DNA of 64,000 bases from Kondoa subrosea (lineage: Eukaryota), in the NCBI GenBank assembly GCA_039545335.1, contig BCIN01000006.1:992001-1056000 (forward strand), read 5' to 3'. Under the pieces are notes generated by a model, which was not told where the DNA came from, searched no databases, and saw only the letters and a list, made by a program, of their open reading frames with translations. Shown here in pieces: positions 11,638 through 23,813 of this stretch. The position numbers and the translations under genes were made by a program. Position 1 is the stretch's first letter. The number at the start of each line of letters is the position of its first letter.

Positions 11638-14600
11638 ATGACACAGATAGCTGCTTCTACTGTTAGCAGAGATAGCCGTACGCGCTTCCTTGACTTCAGA
11701 GCCATTGTTTACAAATGAATTGCTTACTTATGCAATGAACAGCCGTAACAAGAGGTGAGCTGTTCATACTCTGGCGGCACAAAGACCTAATTGCGTATCC
11801 ACAGGTTCAGGAGATTGGTCCGCTGCTGTTCAGAAGGCAAAGGAACTGGTTGCCAAACTCAATAACAAAGAGAAAGCTTCGCTTTGCACAGGTACTGGCT
11901 GGGTAAGACGGCAAAAGACATCAGAAGCTTCTCTCACAATTTATACACAGGAAAAGGATCCAGGTGTTGGCAATCTCGCACCAATTCAAGCTGAAGATGG
12001 AACTATCCTCTTTCCTGGTCTGTGTCTACAGGATGGACCAAATGGAATTGTAGGTCTCCTCGCACATCTTTTTGTTGTCTGCTGAAGCTGGACTCCAGCG
12101 CTTCGCCGAGTAGGTCGCTAGGTGCAAAGTGCGGTACTTGGCTAAAGACTATGGCAGTCATGTTAGCGCTTTTCCAGCTCAGATAAATGCTGCTGCAACA
12201 GTGCGTGATTATCTGAGCAAATTCGAGCTCACTGATATGTCGTCTAGTTCGACAAATCCCTTTTCAGAAGAAGAGGTGAAGCGCTTGGTGCGGAAGCTCG
12301 CGGAAAAGGAGTGCATGTTTTACTAGCACCAACGATGAATCTGGCACGAGTTGCTTGTGGAGGAAGAAACTTCGAGGCTGTAAGCCAATATTTACGAGCG
12401 GGACAGATCTCACGCATTCTCTCGCAGTCTGGCGCAGATCCATATCTTACTGGAGAAGTCGCCTACGAGATTATCAAGGGCATACAATCTAAGGGAGTTC
12501 AGGCATGCGCCAAGCAGTTGAGTCCATTTGTCAAATGACTAATGCTCTGCTGATCAGATCACATTTTTTTAGTTACATAGCCAACGAACAAGAACACTTC
12601 AGACAGTCCAGTAGCTCTAATGTTGATAACAAAACGCTACATCAGATATATCTTCATCCTTTTCTTCGCTCTGTCCAAGCTGGTGTAGCAAGTGTCAGTA
12701 TGTCATTGCGCGCATCGATGCCCGGCCCAGCTCATAAGATCTTAGTTACTTCTTACAATCAGTTAAACGGAACTTGTGAGTTCCGTCGCCCTCACCAGAG
12801 CCATCGTCTGAAGGCAAGCAGTTACGTCTGAGCATTACGAGCTGCTGTCCAAGATCCTGAAGTATGATATGGATTTTCAAGGCTACGTTGTCAGGTTGGT
12901 GAATCATCCACGCTATGCTGCTCAGCCATATATCATTTCTTCTTCAAAGTGACTGGTGGGCGCAAAGATCAGGGATGCCTTCCGCTTTGGCCGGATTGGA
13001 CTGTTCTATGCCTGGCGAACATGTGTTCGGAGGTACTGAGCAGTACTAGTAAGCGTCTTGCTTCCTCTTCGCAACCTCTCTTACGAAAATTGAACTGGAG
13101 TGGACGACATCTAGTATCAGCCGTAGAGGAGAACAAATTACCACAATGGCGCTTAGATGATATGGCCACTCGCATACTAGCTGCTTTCTATCTGCTCAAA
13201 CAAGATAAAGACTTTCCACCTGTTAATTTCGACTCTTGGGATCTACAAGACAAAAGCAAGAACCAGCATGTAGATGTGACTGCTGATCATGCTCAACTCC
13301 TTAGAGAAATGGGAAGCGCTTCGATAGTCTTGCTGAAGAATGAAGGAATCCTGCCTCTGACAGGCGCAAATCAGCCTCGAAGTATGGCTGTCATAGGTAA
13401 GCATTATCAGCTTATCGGGCATGTACAATTTACATGACTATGATTAGGTAGTTGCGCTGGAGACTCGCCGAATGGACCTGGACACAGCGGAAGTGGAGGA
13501 CCGGGCTGTGTGAGTGCTTCGGATCATGTGTAGTCACTTGGCTGACCTTCTTACTCTCTCTTCAGCAATGGGGCGGCAGCACAGAGTCGAGTGAGCTTTG
13601 TGCTTTTTGAACGCCAAACATGATTGATGTCTGCGCTTTCAGCTCCTGGATGTACAGCAATGGGTTGGGGTTCTGCAACAGCCAATTTCCCTTATCTCAT
13701 ATCGCCGCTCACTGCTATACAGCAACATGCTAAAGAGAAGCATATTCCTCTTGATTGGCACTTGACGAACGAGAACCTCAAGGCTGTTAGAGAAGTGGCT
13801 CAATCAGCTAGTGTTGCGATTGTTTTCATTTCTGCTAGCTCGGGAGAAGGTCATATTACCATCTCTGGTACATTCCATATCTCTTCTCTCAGCAGATGTT
13901 GATCATAGTGTGGCTTAGGTAACAAGGGAGATCGAAATGACTTGGAAGCATGGCACAATGGTGCTGCTCTGGTCGAAGCAGTGGCAGATTGTAACGTCAA
14001 CACGATCGTCGTTATTCATAGCGTGAGTGGTCAGACGAGCTTACAGCACACTAACAAATAATTTAGGTCGGCCCGATCATTCTGGAACGATTCATTGATC
14101 ACCCTAATGTCAAAGCATGTCTATTCGCTGGCTGTCTGGGACAAGAAGCCGGCAATGCGGTAGCTGATATTCTGTTTGGTCTCGTCAACCCGAGTGCACG
14201 TCTTCCGTATACCATCGCGAAGAGACGGGAGGACTATGGTACAGAGATTATATACGAGAAGAAGGGCAACGAAGACATTGTCCAGGTATGTTGAGCTGAT
14301 TAGTTACTCACTTGGCTCATTATGAAAGTAGATTGACTATGCGGAAGGCTGCTTGATCGACTATCGATATCTGCAGAAAAACAGCATTATGCCTCGATAT
14401 TGCTTTGGTCATGGATTATCGTATACAGTGTGTATCGCTGCCATTCTCTCTGACTGAAACTGATCGATGTCAGACTTTCGTCTACACCGATCTGCGGATT
14501 GACCGCATTGGCAAGCTTGAGGATCTTTCATCTATCGCCGGACCTGGTAATTTAGTGGATGAGGCTCTGCATGCAGCAAAATTCAGGGTGTCAGTCGACA

Positions 14601-14927
14601 TCTGCAACACTGGGAATATGACAGGCAAAGAAGTGAGATTCATCTGATAACGAGCGGCAACTGCTCCTGATTTTGCGAAAGATCGTCCAGCTATACCTAG
14701 CATTCCCTGAGGGTTCGGGAGAAGCTCCAAATGTTCTGCGCGGCTTTGAAGCTATCACCTCACGACCAAGGGAAAAGTCGACCGTCGTTTTCTACCTCTC
14801 GCAATATTCCCTCAGTGTGTGGGATGAGAAAGTAGGGTTCTGGAAGCTTGTCAGGGGAGAATTTGAAGTCAAGATTGGTGCTAGCTTAGAAGACATTCGC
14901 TGTAAATCTCAGCTGACCACGATGTAA
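11638..14927 (+). CDS. GH3 beta-glucosidase with C-terminal FnIII-like domain; roughly 20 short introns
   Basis: [46 protein letters not shown], nucleophile motif [48 protein letters not shown]. Confidence 0.9.
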
Positions 14928-16084
14928 GGACTGTGCACGGATACTGAAAGGAGCTATATCTACATGAAATGGAAACCTCTCTCCTTCTCTTCCATTCTAA
15001 GACTGTCGCACGCTCATCTTCTGCTGGATCGCGAGCGATGAACCCGAGGTCGCTCATCGTCGTAAGAATCGCTTCGGCTTGGTCGAGATCTATGCCCTGC
15101 ACCTGATCCTGATCCCGAGCCCGAGCCAGCTCTTGCGCGATTCCAAGCTTCATCAAGTGCTCTTGCTTTCGCACTGGTAGGAGTGCGACTGAGGTTGATT
15201 TTAAGCAGAGAAATATGCATCCCTATATCGACTCACGGAGTGCGAGGTGTACGACCATGACGAGGAGACTCTTCCTCGTATGAATTGATCGAGTAATCGT
15301 CTGCATCTCTGTATCTGCGAGAACCGCCTGATGCACCTGAGCCAGTAGTAAACGCGGAACCTTCGAAGTAGCCGGAGCCTGCGTGAACTGAACCAGGAGT
15401 ACCAGCGAAGCGACCTAATGGACACTCCTTAATGAGCTAGGTAATGAGAAGATCAAAGGGAGCCTCACTTTGAGAGAAACTGCTGCCAGCAACAGGAGTA
15501 GGGTTGGACGGGTACTGCAGCTCTTATCAGCTACTACGAGGTATCATGATCACAAAACCAACGTTATAGCCATCATCTGAGCCGACATTGTGAGCAACAA
15601 CATGCGAGCACAACAAAAATGCTTACATGCTGAATGAGATGCATAGCTACTATGGGCGCTAGGATATTGCGCCATATCCGGACGTGCTTCTCCGTGGCCA
15701 CCATTGACCCATCTGAAGAAATAAAATGTAAGAATAGAATGTCTCGCCTTGGAATGAACAATCTTACGGGAAGAAATCACGCCTACAGGAACGCATAAGC
15801 TATGATGAGTCGCTGCATATCAGTGCGATGCTTACCAGGCGAGTTTCCGTTGCTGTCGTTTAGCTTGAGCTCTTCGCCAGAGGAAAAGAGCCAAGAGAAG
15901 CAAGACAGCAGTCACGCTGACCACGACAGCAATGACGCTAGAGGAGGCAGATGTCAGTCTAGTAAGGGATTTGAAGACATAAGACTGACACGACAGCTGC
16001 TGAATCAGGTTCGCAATCTTCCAGCGTCCCGTCGTCGGCATCATCAGCTCTTCTATAGATCATAACCGGAGAAGGCGAAGCCAT
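14881..16084 (-). CDS. Hypothetical single-pass membrane protein (multi-exon)
   Basis: ATG at 16084 (MASPSPV), hydrophobic helix VIAVVVSVTAVLLLLALFLW followed by basic RRAQAKR; short GT-AG introns; low-complexity tail. 3' end uncertain. Confidence 0.4.
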
Positions 16085-16386
16085 TCTAGCTAAGGTTGAT
16101 GGTTGATAGTGAATGAAAGAGTGAGGTCAAGAGCGAGAAGCAGTAAGATTGATGAACAAACATTTGACATTCGCAAGAACAAAGGGAAATTTACGGCGAA
16201 CAGTGAATCTGAGAAGGATTAGAACAGCAGATCCGCGGTGTACCATGGCAACTGTAGTAAAAGATATGACTCGGACAGGGTAAGTGCAAGTTAAATACGT
16301 GACGGGGTATCATTGAATGATGCTAAAATGCCAGATGTTACAATACCGAACAAGTCAAGGCGAAAGGGACAGAACCAGCTATTCCT

Positions 16387-16908
16387 CTAGTAGAAATTGC
16401 TGCCAGCTCTTCGACCTCCTCCCGTCATCAGCGGCGGTGCTGAGAAAGCCGAACGAGCCAAACCATTCGAGCTTGCAGCAAAACGAGAATTAGGCAAAGC
16501 ATGAGATCGAGGTGTCAGAGGAGGAATGCGTGATGTGGATTGCCATGCATTAGGAGTATAAGGTGAAGTCATATCTTGATAAGAAGGCGGTGAAATTCCA
16601 GCGACAATATCTGGAAGCTGGGTCATTGCGGCTTGATGCTGGCCCATTGTAGCTGCGTCTGAATGACTCATGAGTATCTTTGTATCGAAACAGATAGGGG
16701 AAATCATACCATGTCGGTCTCTGCTTGTTTTCCTATGCCATAAGAACAGCGCCGCTGCAGCAAGCCAGCCTCTGTGTAAGCTATCATTAGCTTGATTACA
16801 GATTGAAAGATTGCCTACATACGTGCTGGCGCAGACAGCGAGGACTGCAATATAGACTGGAGCCAGATAGGTTCTACAGACGACATTCTCGCTACTAGGA
16901 TCCGCCAT
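16387..16908 (-). CDS. Hypothetical small membrane protein with Pro/Ser-rich tail (PPSY motif)
   Basis: ORF with TM segment PVYIAVLAVCAST...WLAAAALFLW, probable in-frame introns, PPSY motif. Confidence 0.45.
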   Translation of the reverse strand: MADPSSENVVCRTYLAPVYIAVLAVCASTYVGNLSICNQANDSLHRGWLAAAALFLWHRKTSRDRHGMISPICFDTKILMSHSDAATMGQHQAAMTQLPDIVAGISPPSYQDMTSPYTPNAWQSTSRIPPLTPRSHALPNSRFAASSNGLARSAFSAPPLMTGGGRRAGSNFY

Positions 16909-17359
16909 GCTTCAGCTTAATTGACAGTGAAGATAGCCTCTGTAGCGTTTTGGGACTAGTCAAAGCCTCGTCGTAGATCAGATATGATCCGTAAGAGAGA
17001 AAGAGCCCGTAAAAAACTGGAAACAACAAAGGGAAAGCAGAGCAGCAATGAATACAGCTTAAGGTGGGAGTCTGTATACACGAAGCTTGCGGACAGCAAA
17101 GGCATCGAGCCGATCAACGATCATGAAACGTCCAATAGGTCGAATTGCGCTTGCAAGTGTGCGCAAAGGCAAAGACTTCGCTCAGGCCAACCCGAAGAAA
17201 GAGCTGTCTCTGAGCCTGTCTTTAAGCGCTACAGTTTCAGTGCACTCATGCGCTGAGCTGGCTTGATGTGCCAGCCTGACATCGTCGAAATAGAAAGATA
17301 GGCAAATGTACATGCATGCAAGTATATCAATGAAGAGTATCTACAATAATGAGTTGCGC

Positions 17360-19468
17360 TCAAATTCCATGCAATTGCTCAGTCGCAGGGTAGGAGATCT
17401 CATAAGCCAAGTGAAGCTGAACTTTGGCAGCTTTAGGCAAATTGGTGATCCAGCAAAACTGACCAAACCAGTATTTAGACATTGCTACTCCAGATCTAGC
17501 GAAGAAGCTTACCTTGCCCTCATGTCCACCGAGAGAGTTTTCATTCTCATCCGATCCCGAGCTTGCCCATTTGTAAGCAATCCCAGCGGAATCGCGCCGA
17601 ACTTGACCTGGAGCATTGAGATCCATGTCGTCAGGCTGAGGCAAAGGAGGACTGATGTGAGAAACGTTGATTTTCTCATTTTCAGCAACGGGGAATCGAG
17701 AATAAACCAGAAGACGAGGGATATCCAAACGTCCGGTGTTCTTGATGGAAAACTTTTGCGAGTAATGAGTTGTCTTTATGCGACTGACAAGACCACTTTG
17801 AGCGCTGTTCTTGACGAGACCATGTGCGATGACTTGAAGAGATGGGTCAAGACCCAGATTAGCGGTAAAGCGTTCTCCAGGCGAGACAGATGGAATAGTA
17901 GATTTGCCAGCACTGTCGATAACCCGAAGACTTCAGCCCTAGACGCAGCGCATAACAAAGAACAAACGCACAATGATCCATCAACGTAAAGTGAAGCTTG
18001 ACCATCCAAGAGCAAGAAGTCCGAAGTGTTCTTCATCACAGCTCGCAGATAGACTTGAGTCGTCCTCGAAGGTACAGAGACTCTGCACAGATTGATTAAC
18101 GTTTTGATAACAAGACATTTGCTATGAGAACATACCTTTCGAGAACAGCATCCAGTGCAATTTCAGCAATGACAACAGTACGAGCCTTTGTTTCATGTCG
18201 AACATGGATGCTATCGCCGCTGGGAATAGTCTGCTTGCCAGGAACTACATAGGAAGTCGATACGCCAGAGGTGAATGAGACGCTTTCAATGTTGGAAACA
18301 GCTGGTTCTTCTTCTGTCGCTGCCATCTTGCGTTTGATAACAAAGGGAGAGTTCGGAACAGGTGTTGGTGCTGCTGCTGCGAATAAGCCAGCACCACGAG
18401 CAGCAAACATGGAAGAAGCTTGTGGTACGGGGGGCGGAGCTGGTAGTTGGAAGGAGAGGTATTGAGGAATCAAAGAAGGCGGAGAAGAGTTGTGAGATGG
18501 CATAGAAGTTTCCAAGATGACTTCGACGTCTGTCCAATCCTCACCGGAGCTTTGGGCAATCTCGCTCTGAAATCGGATGTGGATAGCTCTACGTAGCCAT
18601 GTCAGCATGCATTACGAAATTGTGATGCAAATAAACCTACTTTCCTGAGGTGGCTTGAGTATCAACTCGTACATCGTACAGAGGTCTCCATCTATTATCT
18701 GTCAGCCGAGATTCACGAAGGGCCGCGATACTACTTGCCTAGCTTGTTCCACAGCATAAGTCATCTCCAAACCAATAGTAGTCGTTTCAGTAGCATGAAT
18801 AGTAATCTTTGCGCAATGTCTCAACGCATGGATACGTTGGATAGCTTTGTTACGCTTGTCTTCTAGGATCGCTCGCTGTTTCTCTTTCTCTTCCTGCTGC
18901 TTCTCGAGCTCAATAAGTTTGCCTTGTACTTCATGGCAATCGGCTTCGTACTGTGGAAACAGAATTATTATAACGTATTACGATACTACGCACGTGACGC
19001 ACCTCGCTCAAGCACGCTTTGAACGCGCTGACTGATGTGACTTCAGGTTTAGCTGATCGAACATAGGCATTGAAGGTGTCGGAACGTGTCTTCAGTCTGT
19101 CAATAGCTTGAATGATCAACTTGAGTTCCTTATTGACGGTGTCCAATTCAGCGGATCCTGAATCTTCTTCTTTGACAGGTAAAGTCTCTAAGACTACTTC
19201 GCCTAGTAAAGCATGTTTGCCGAATGCATCTATCAAAAGCAGATTACGTAAGACTAGAAACAAGAGGCAGGGAATCGAGCAAAGACTTACTGATACGTAG
19301 AGAGTCTTTAGCAATCGTAGGCAAGCCTTTGACTTCAACAACATTGCCACCACCTTGAAGCTCGAGTGAAGTGAAACCACGCGTGATCTCCGCTCGACTG
19401 GAATACAAGGAAACGGAAGTGATGGGATGCTCTTGTGCATTCAAAGAGATCTGATTAGTGTCACTCAT
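17360..19468 (-). CDS. DUF4140/DUF4139 protein (mucoidy inhibitor MuiA-like)
   Basis: N-terminal HPITSVSLYSSRAEITR, coiled coil, AR|WRPLYDVR, IAQSSGEDWTDVEVILET, ASLYVDGS, DIPRLLVYSRFPVAENEKINV. Confidence 0.85.
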
Positions 19469-19798
19469 GATGTGCAGCTATGGTAGCTCGAGAGAAGAAG
19501 CAAGGGGATAAAACGAAGCGGTGTGACGGTTTCAAGTTTGTGCAGATTAAGGCATCAGCATAGCCCTGTTCTGCCGAGAGCGTGCAAATTGAAGGACAGC
19601 AAGAATTGCAGCAAGAATACTACTCAATGACCTTGACGTTGTTATAATAAAAGCTTGCAATTCGCTTTGAACGAGAAGTTTAAACGATAATTATGCTATG
19701 TACTCGAAAGAGTGTTACAAATGACTAGTATATTATACTTATGAATAGAGGGGAATACCGAACGACTTAAAAAGGTAACAGCGGAATTGTCCATGCGA

Positions 19799-21650
19799 TT
19801 AACGTCTTGTGCGACCTGTGCGATAACAATCAGCGGTGCGACAAGACACAGAAGAGGCTAGAACACTCACGACCACCGATCTAACGGAAACAGGATAAGC
19901 AACACTTCATGGTTGAACTTAGACAAAAGACTTACCTTCTCTCTCACAACCAACCACAAAGCAGAGACAGCCAACACATCCTTCATCTCCTCCGCACTAA
20001 GCACCTCTTGAGCTTCCGCACCGGTAATCAAGCTCGTACTAGCAAGGTTATTGGGTACTTGAAGATTCGCAACGAGTTTCGGATGATGCACAGCAGGTTG
20101 CAAAACACCTAAATGAACCACTCTTCTTTCCCCTCCTGGTTCTCTTGGATGAAAGACTAGATCGCATATGAAAGGTCGCTCGGAATCTTCTGGGTCGGAA
20201 TCTGGATCTGAATCGGATGCCAATTGCTCCATTGGATCATTTGAGTGTATGCTTGAAGCAGTTGAACGAGGTCGACCTGGCGGTCTGTTGGAGATTTATA
20301 AGCATACTAGGGTGATGAGACAAAACAATGCGAACCTGGTAGGCGAAGAAGCAGGGCTTGATCTCGGACCCATATCCGCAGACTTGCTTACTCTAGCTTG
20401 ATCCGCATCCGGTACAGGTAGATAAACACTCGAACCTGAAGCAGAAGTAGAAGCTTTGGTAGAAGTCCGACTAAGTTGAGCATGAGCTTCTGAATTTCTC
20501 CTTCGTTTGCTCTTGAGTAAATTCTTTCTTTTACTTCTTCGCCATTCAAAAGTCACATTCCCAATCATTTCTTCCTTGTTCTCTAGATCTCTTCTCAACC
20601 ATTTCTTGACTGTCCAGCTATATCCCGCTGCGAAAGAGCTAGTCTCTTCTGTTCCGTTCAAAGTCAGAGCTCCTTCAGACGCCTGAAACTCATCTCTCGA
20701 CTTGAATAAAGCTAGAGGTTGAGGTGCATTGGGATCAACAGAAGGTGAAACTGCCTTCTCCACCACTACTCCTTTTGCGCCTATAGAGATGGAAGGAACA
20801 GGTATCGCTTTAGTAGTTTTCAAGCTGAAGCGCTTGAATTTGTTGAAGAGTGAATTATTCGCAGGAGTTGGAGTATTAGACTTAGCAGGAGAGTTTTCTG
20901 TTGCAGAGGTAGTTGATAATGGGGGAGATTCTAGATCTGGGCCAGTATTAAGAATCTTGCTACTTCTTCGATCATTTGTGCAAGGCGGAAGAAGTTCGAA
21001 AGCTTCGATATAGCAAAGACCTTCTATTTGAATACCTTTCCTCAAGAATTTGGCTACTTTAGCATCCGTTCCCTTTGATGGAATCAGCATAGGCATTACA
21101 AATCCTGGTAACGAGGTGGACTAACTGCATCTGTGACCGTGGTACTTAGGAGTTTGTGGAATGACAAGTTATATAAAGGAGTTGTTCGCCTTGTTGAAGT
21201 AGAAGCGGTAGAAGAGCCAACGGAGGACTGAGAGCGATTTGATCGAACAGAAGGACTTCTTTGCATAGAAGAAGGTGAAACTTCAACGCTTGATTCTGCT
21301 ACAGCTGAAAAAGAAGCTGAAAGAGATACATCTGATCTTGAATAATCTACAGAACTTCGAGCAGAAGAAGTAGATCCTTCGCCTTGATGATGTTTGGACT
21401 TGCTGTAATTTTGGTGGAGCAACTGTACTTGCAGATCATCAGGACTACGACTAGCTGGAGCTGTATTCCATATATTGCAAATAAGCGAAGGGATGAAACA
21501 TTCTCATGCAAATGACTAACGAGGTCGAACAATAAGAAAGACTTCAGACAGGGGTTCTGATTGCTGGCGAGCAGCACCACGCGAAGGAGAAGTTGCAGAA
21601 CTCATAGATCCTGGTGCTGTAGGACGAGGAGGAGAAGTTGATTCGCTCAT
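19799..21650 (-). CDS. Conserved-looking fungal hypothetical protein (Ser/Pro-rich)
   Basis: Spliceable chain of ORFs: TTPLYNLSFH...TVTDA|GTDAKVAKF, YSWTVKKW, DSDPEDSERPF, PAVHHPKLVA, EEMKDVLAVSALWLVVRE. Confidence 0.65.
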
Positions 21651-22016
21651 TTTAGCATGACCGTGATTCGTGTAATTTCGGGCCCGTAATGACCGAGACA
21701 CTAGGGAATATTAGGCCGCCGCACAGCTATGTAGCAAAGGTATACTTGCTAGGAATCAAGGTATCAATGTCGGACGTGGTCTGAGAAAAGAGAGAAGGAG
21801 CTGGAAGTTGCTGAGTAGAATGCGAGCAAAAGAAGCGTAAGCGTTTCGGCTTAATCTGTGCACTTGTGCAGTGAGCACAGGTGTCTGTAAAATTTCATGC
21901 GCCTTCCTCGTACAAACACCCAAGAACAGATAGCTTGCAGTAAAAGCTAGAAGCGGTGGCATGAGTCTTTATATGCCGCGATGACCAGTTTTCCGCTTTG
22001 CTTCTGATCTCTTGCT

Positions 22017-23161
22017 CTACTTCGCATCCGCATCAATAAGCATGACCGCAGCAGATCCTAATCTAGTTCTCAAATCCGCCTGTTCCATATCGAATGCTAC
22101 CAAATTCATTCGCATCAGACCAACTTTATCAGTAGACAGATAGAGTGTGTACTGACCAGATTCCACAGCTCCCCATCTATCCACTTGACTTTGTACTTCA
22201 ACAGAAGCGCACTGACTAGCTTCCTCTACCGAAATATGTCCTTCTACCAAAGCTAAAGAGATGACGAATGATTTTGAAGTTAAGACAGATCTTTCAAAAG
22301 CTGCTAGTTTGAAATTATCGAACTCGGATACCACTTTGCGTAGAGTGTCTACTGTGGAAATAGGTTGTTTGGTATTAAAGAGGGAATCGAAATGTTTTAT
22401 CTGAACAGAATAGGTTGAGTTGATCCAGTCTAATAAGGGTATCCAATGCTTGTTTTGTAGATTGACTAGAGAATCAGGTGAAGGTTCGTGGAAACTGCGA
22501 AAAACCGATTATGAATGATCAAAGCCAGAATAGCAGGGGCGTTACATACCATATCGAGTCTGTGTGAATGAACTTTAGCAGGTTCTCTATCACTGCGGAT
22601 CGTGTTGTAGGATCCGATAATCCATCAAGTGCTCTACTTGCGAGACTCGTCTGCCCATTTGGTCAGACACAGCAGTCACAACATCGAACAAAAGACGAAC
22701 AACAGGTAAATTGTGAGCTTTGAGTATCAGATCTTGATTGTCCCATTCGTGAGCTACCAAAGTAGCTATTGCAGCTTTATGTTTCGGTACAACTAGAGGC
22801 GTGCCAGAAGGCGTCTTAAGTACTCTTTGATCCAATTTGACAGTCCATTGACCTGAAGACTGCCTTTTAACCCACTTGTATGAAGTACACTCAAGCGAAG
22901 GAAGCTGTACCATCTGATTCTGATTGCACATTGACTTGTTTCCAGAATCGCCTCATGGTCCTTTCAGCCCCTGTTACCGCAGTCTATCAGTACCCTATCC
23001 AGCCTGGCGCATGAGAATTGCTGACGATTGGTTTCCGAAATTACTTCCTCCCTCAAAGATCTAGCAACAGAGAACGCTCTCCTAGCATGGTATATCCTGC
23101 TCGTGGTATTCAGAGCCTGTGCTCTCCCAGCTACACAGCGACAAGGTATGAGTCCATTCAT
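22017..23161 (-). CDS. ATP12: Mitochondrial F1-ATPase assembly chaperone Atp12
   Basis: Presequence-like N-terminus; MRRFWKQV, LDQRVLKTP, VAHEWDNQ, LQNKHWIPLLDW, LAAFERSVLTSKSFVISLAL, QVDRWGAVE. Confidence 0.9.
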
Positions 23162-23207
23162 CTCGCTCGTTGCTTTCCAAGGTCCATTATTTCACTCATC
23201 GACAGCC

Positions 23208-23691
23208 ATGAGCTTAGTCTCTGCTTCAAGATTAGCAGAACTAGCTAAACTACGTTCGTTTCACTACTTCCCACACACGTTTTCCTCTGCTCTTCTCACG
23301 CCGACCTGAACAGGCTGCAACATTTTCCAAACTTCATACAATCCAACAGCTCAAAGAACAGGATCCAAATACCTCAAAGCAGCACTGAAAGGACCTAAAA
23401 TGTTAGGCTACTACAATATTGCTCGACCATTACCTGTTTCAATGTTGAATTCCGTGTTCCCTGATTTGAAATTAATCGATATTAAAGAAGAGCAGAGGTT
23501 GGTCATATTGATTTTGTGTTAGAGTCTGGGGCTAAGAGAATATGTTACAGGTTGAGTGATTTGGAGAACAGGAAACGGAGAGGGAAAGGAACACCTAAGA
23601 AAGGTAATGGTCTGCTTTGAACTCATCTAGCACTGTCTAATGAGCTATATCAGGCGAGGGCAAGAAAGCAGTCAACAGGAAGAAGAAGTAA
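23208..23691 (+). CDS. RSM27: Mitochondrial small-subunit ribosomal protein mS33 (Rsm27)
   Basis: Spliced product MSLVSASRLAELAKL..CNIFQTSYNPTAQRTGSKYLKAALKGPKMLGYY...EEQRL..RKRRGKGTPKK; three introns. Confidence 0.85.
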
Positions 23692-23813
23692 TTGGCGTTA
23701 CAAAGTCATGGTTTGGTCAATCGTATTTTCAGTCACCTGTATATAAATGCATTTCGATACCCAATTGTAACGATGTCTTGAAAGAACGAATTAAACCTGC
23801 AACACAACCTTCC

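Noticed and set aside
17306..17989. Long antisense ORFs (e.g. 17306-17989, 33498-34154, 4787-5242)
   Set aside because: Shadow frames of genuine genes on the opposite strand with no independent motifs.
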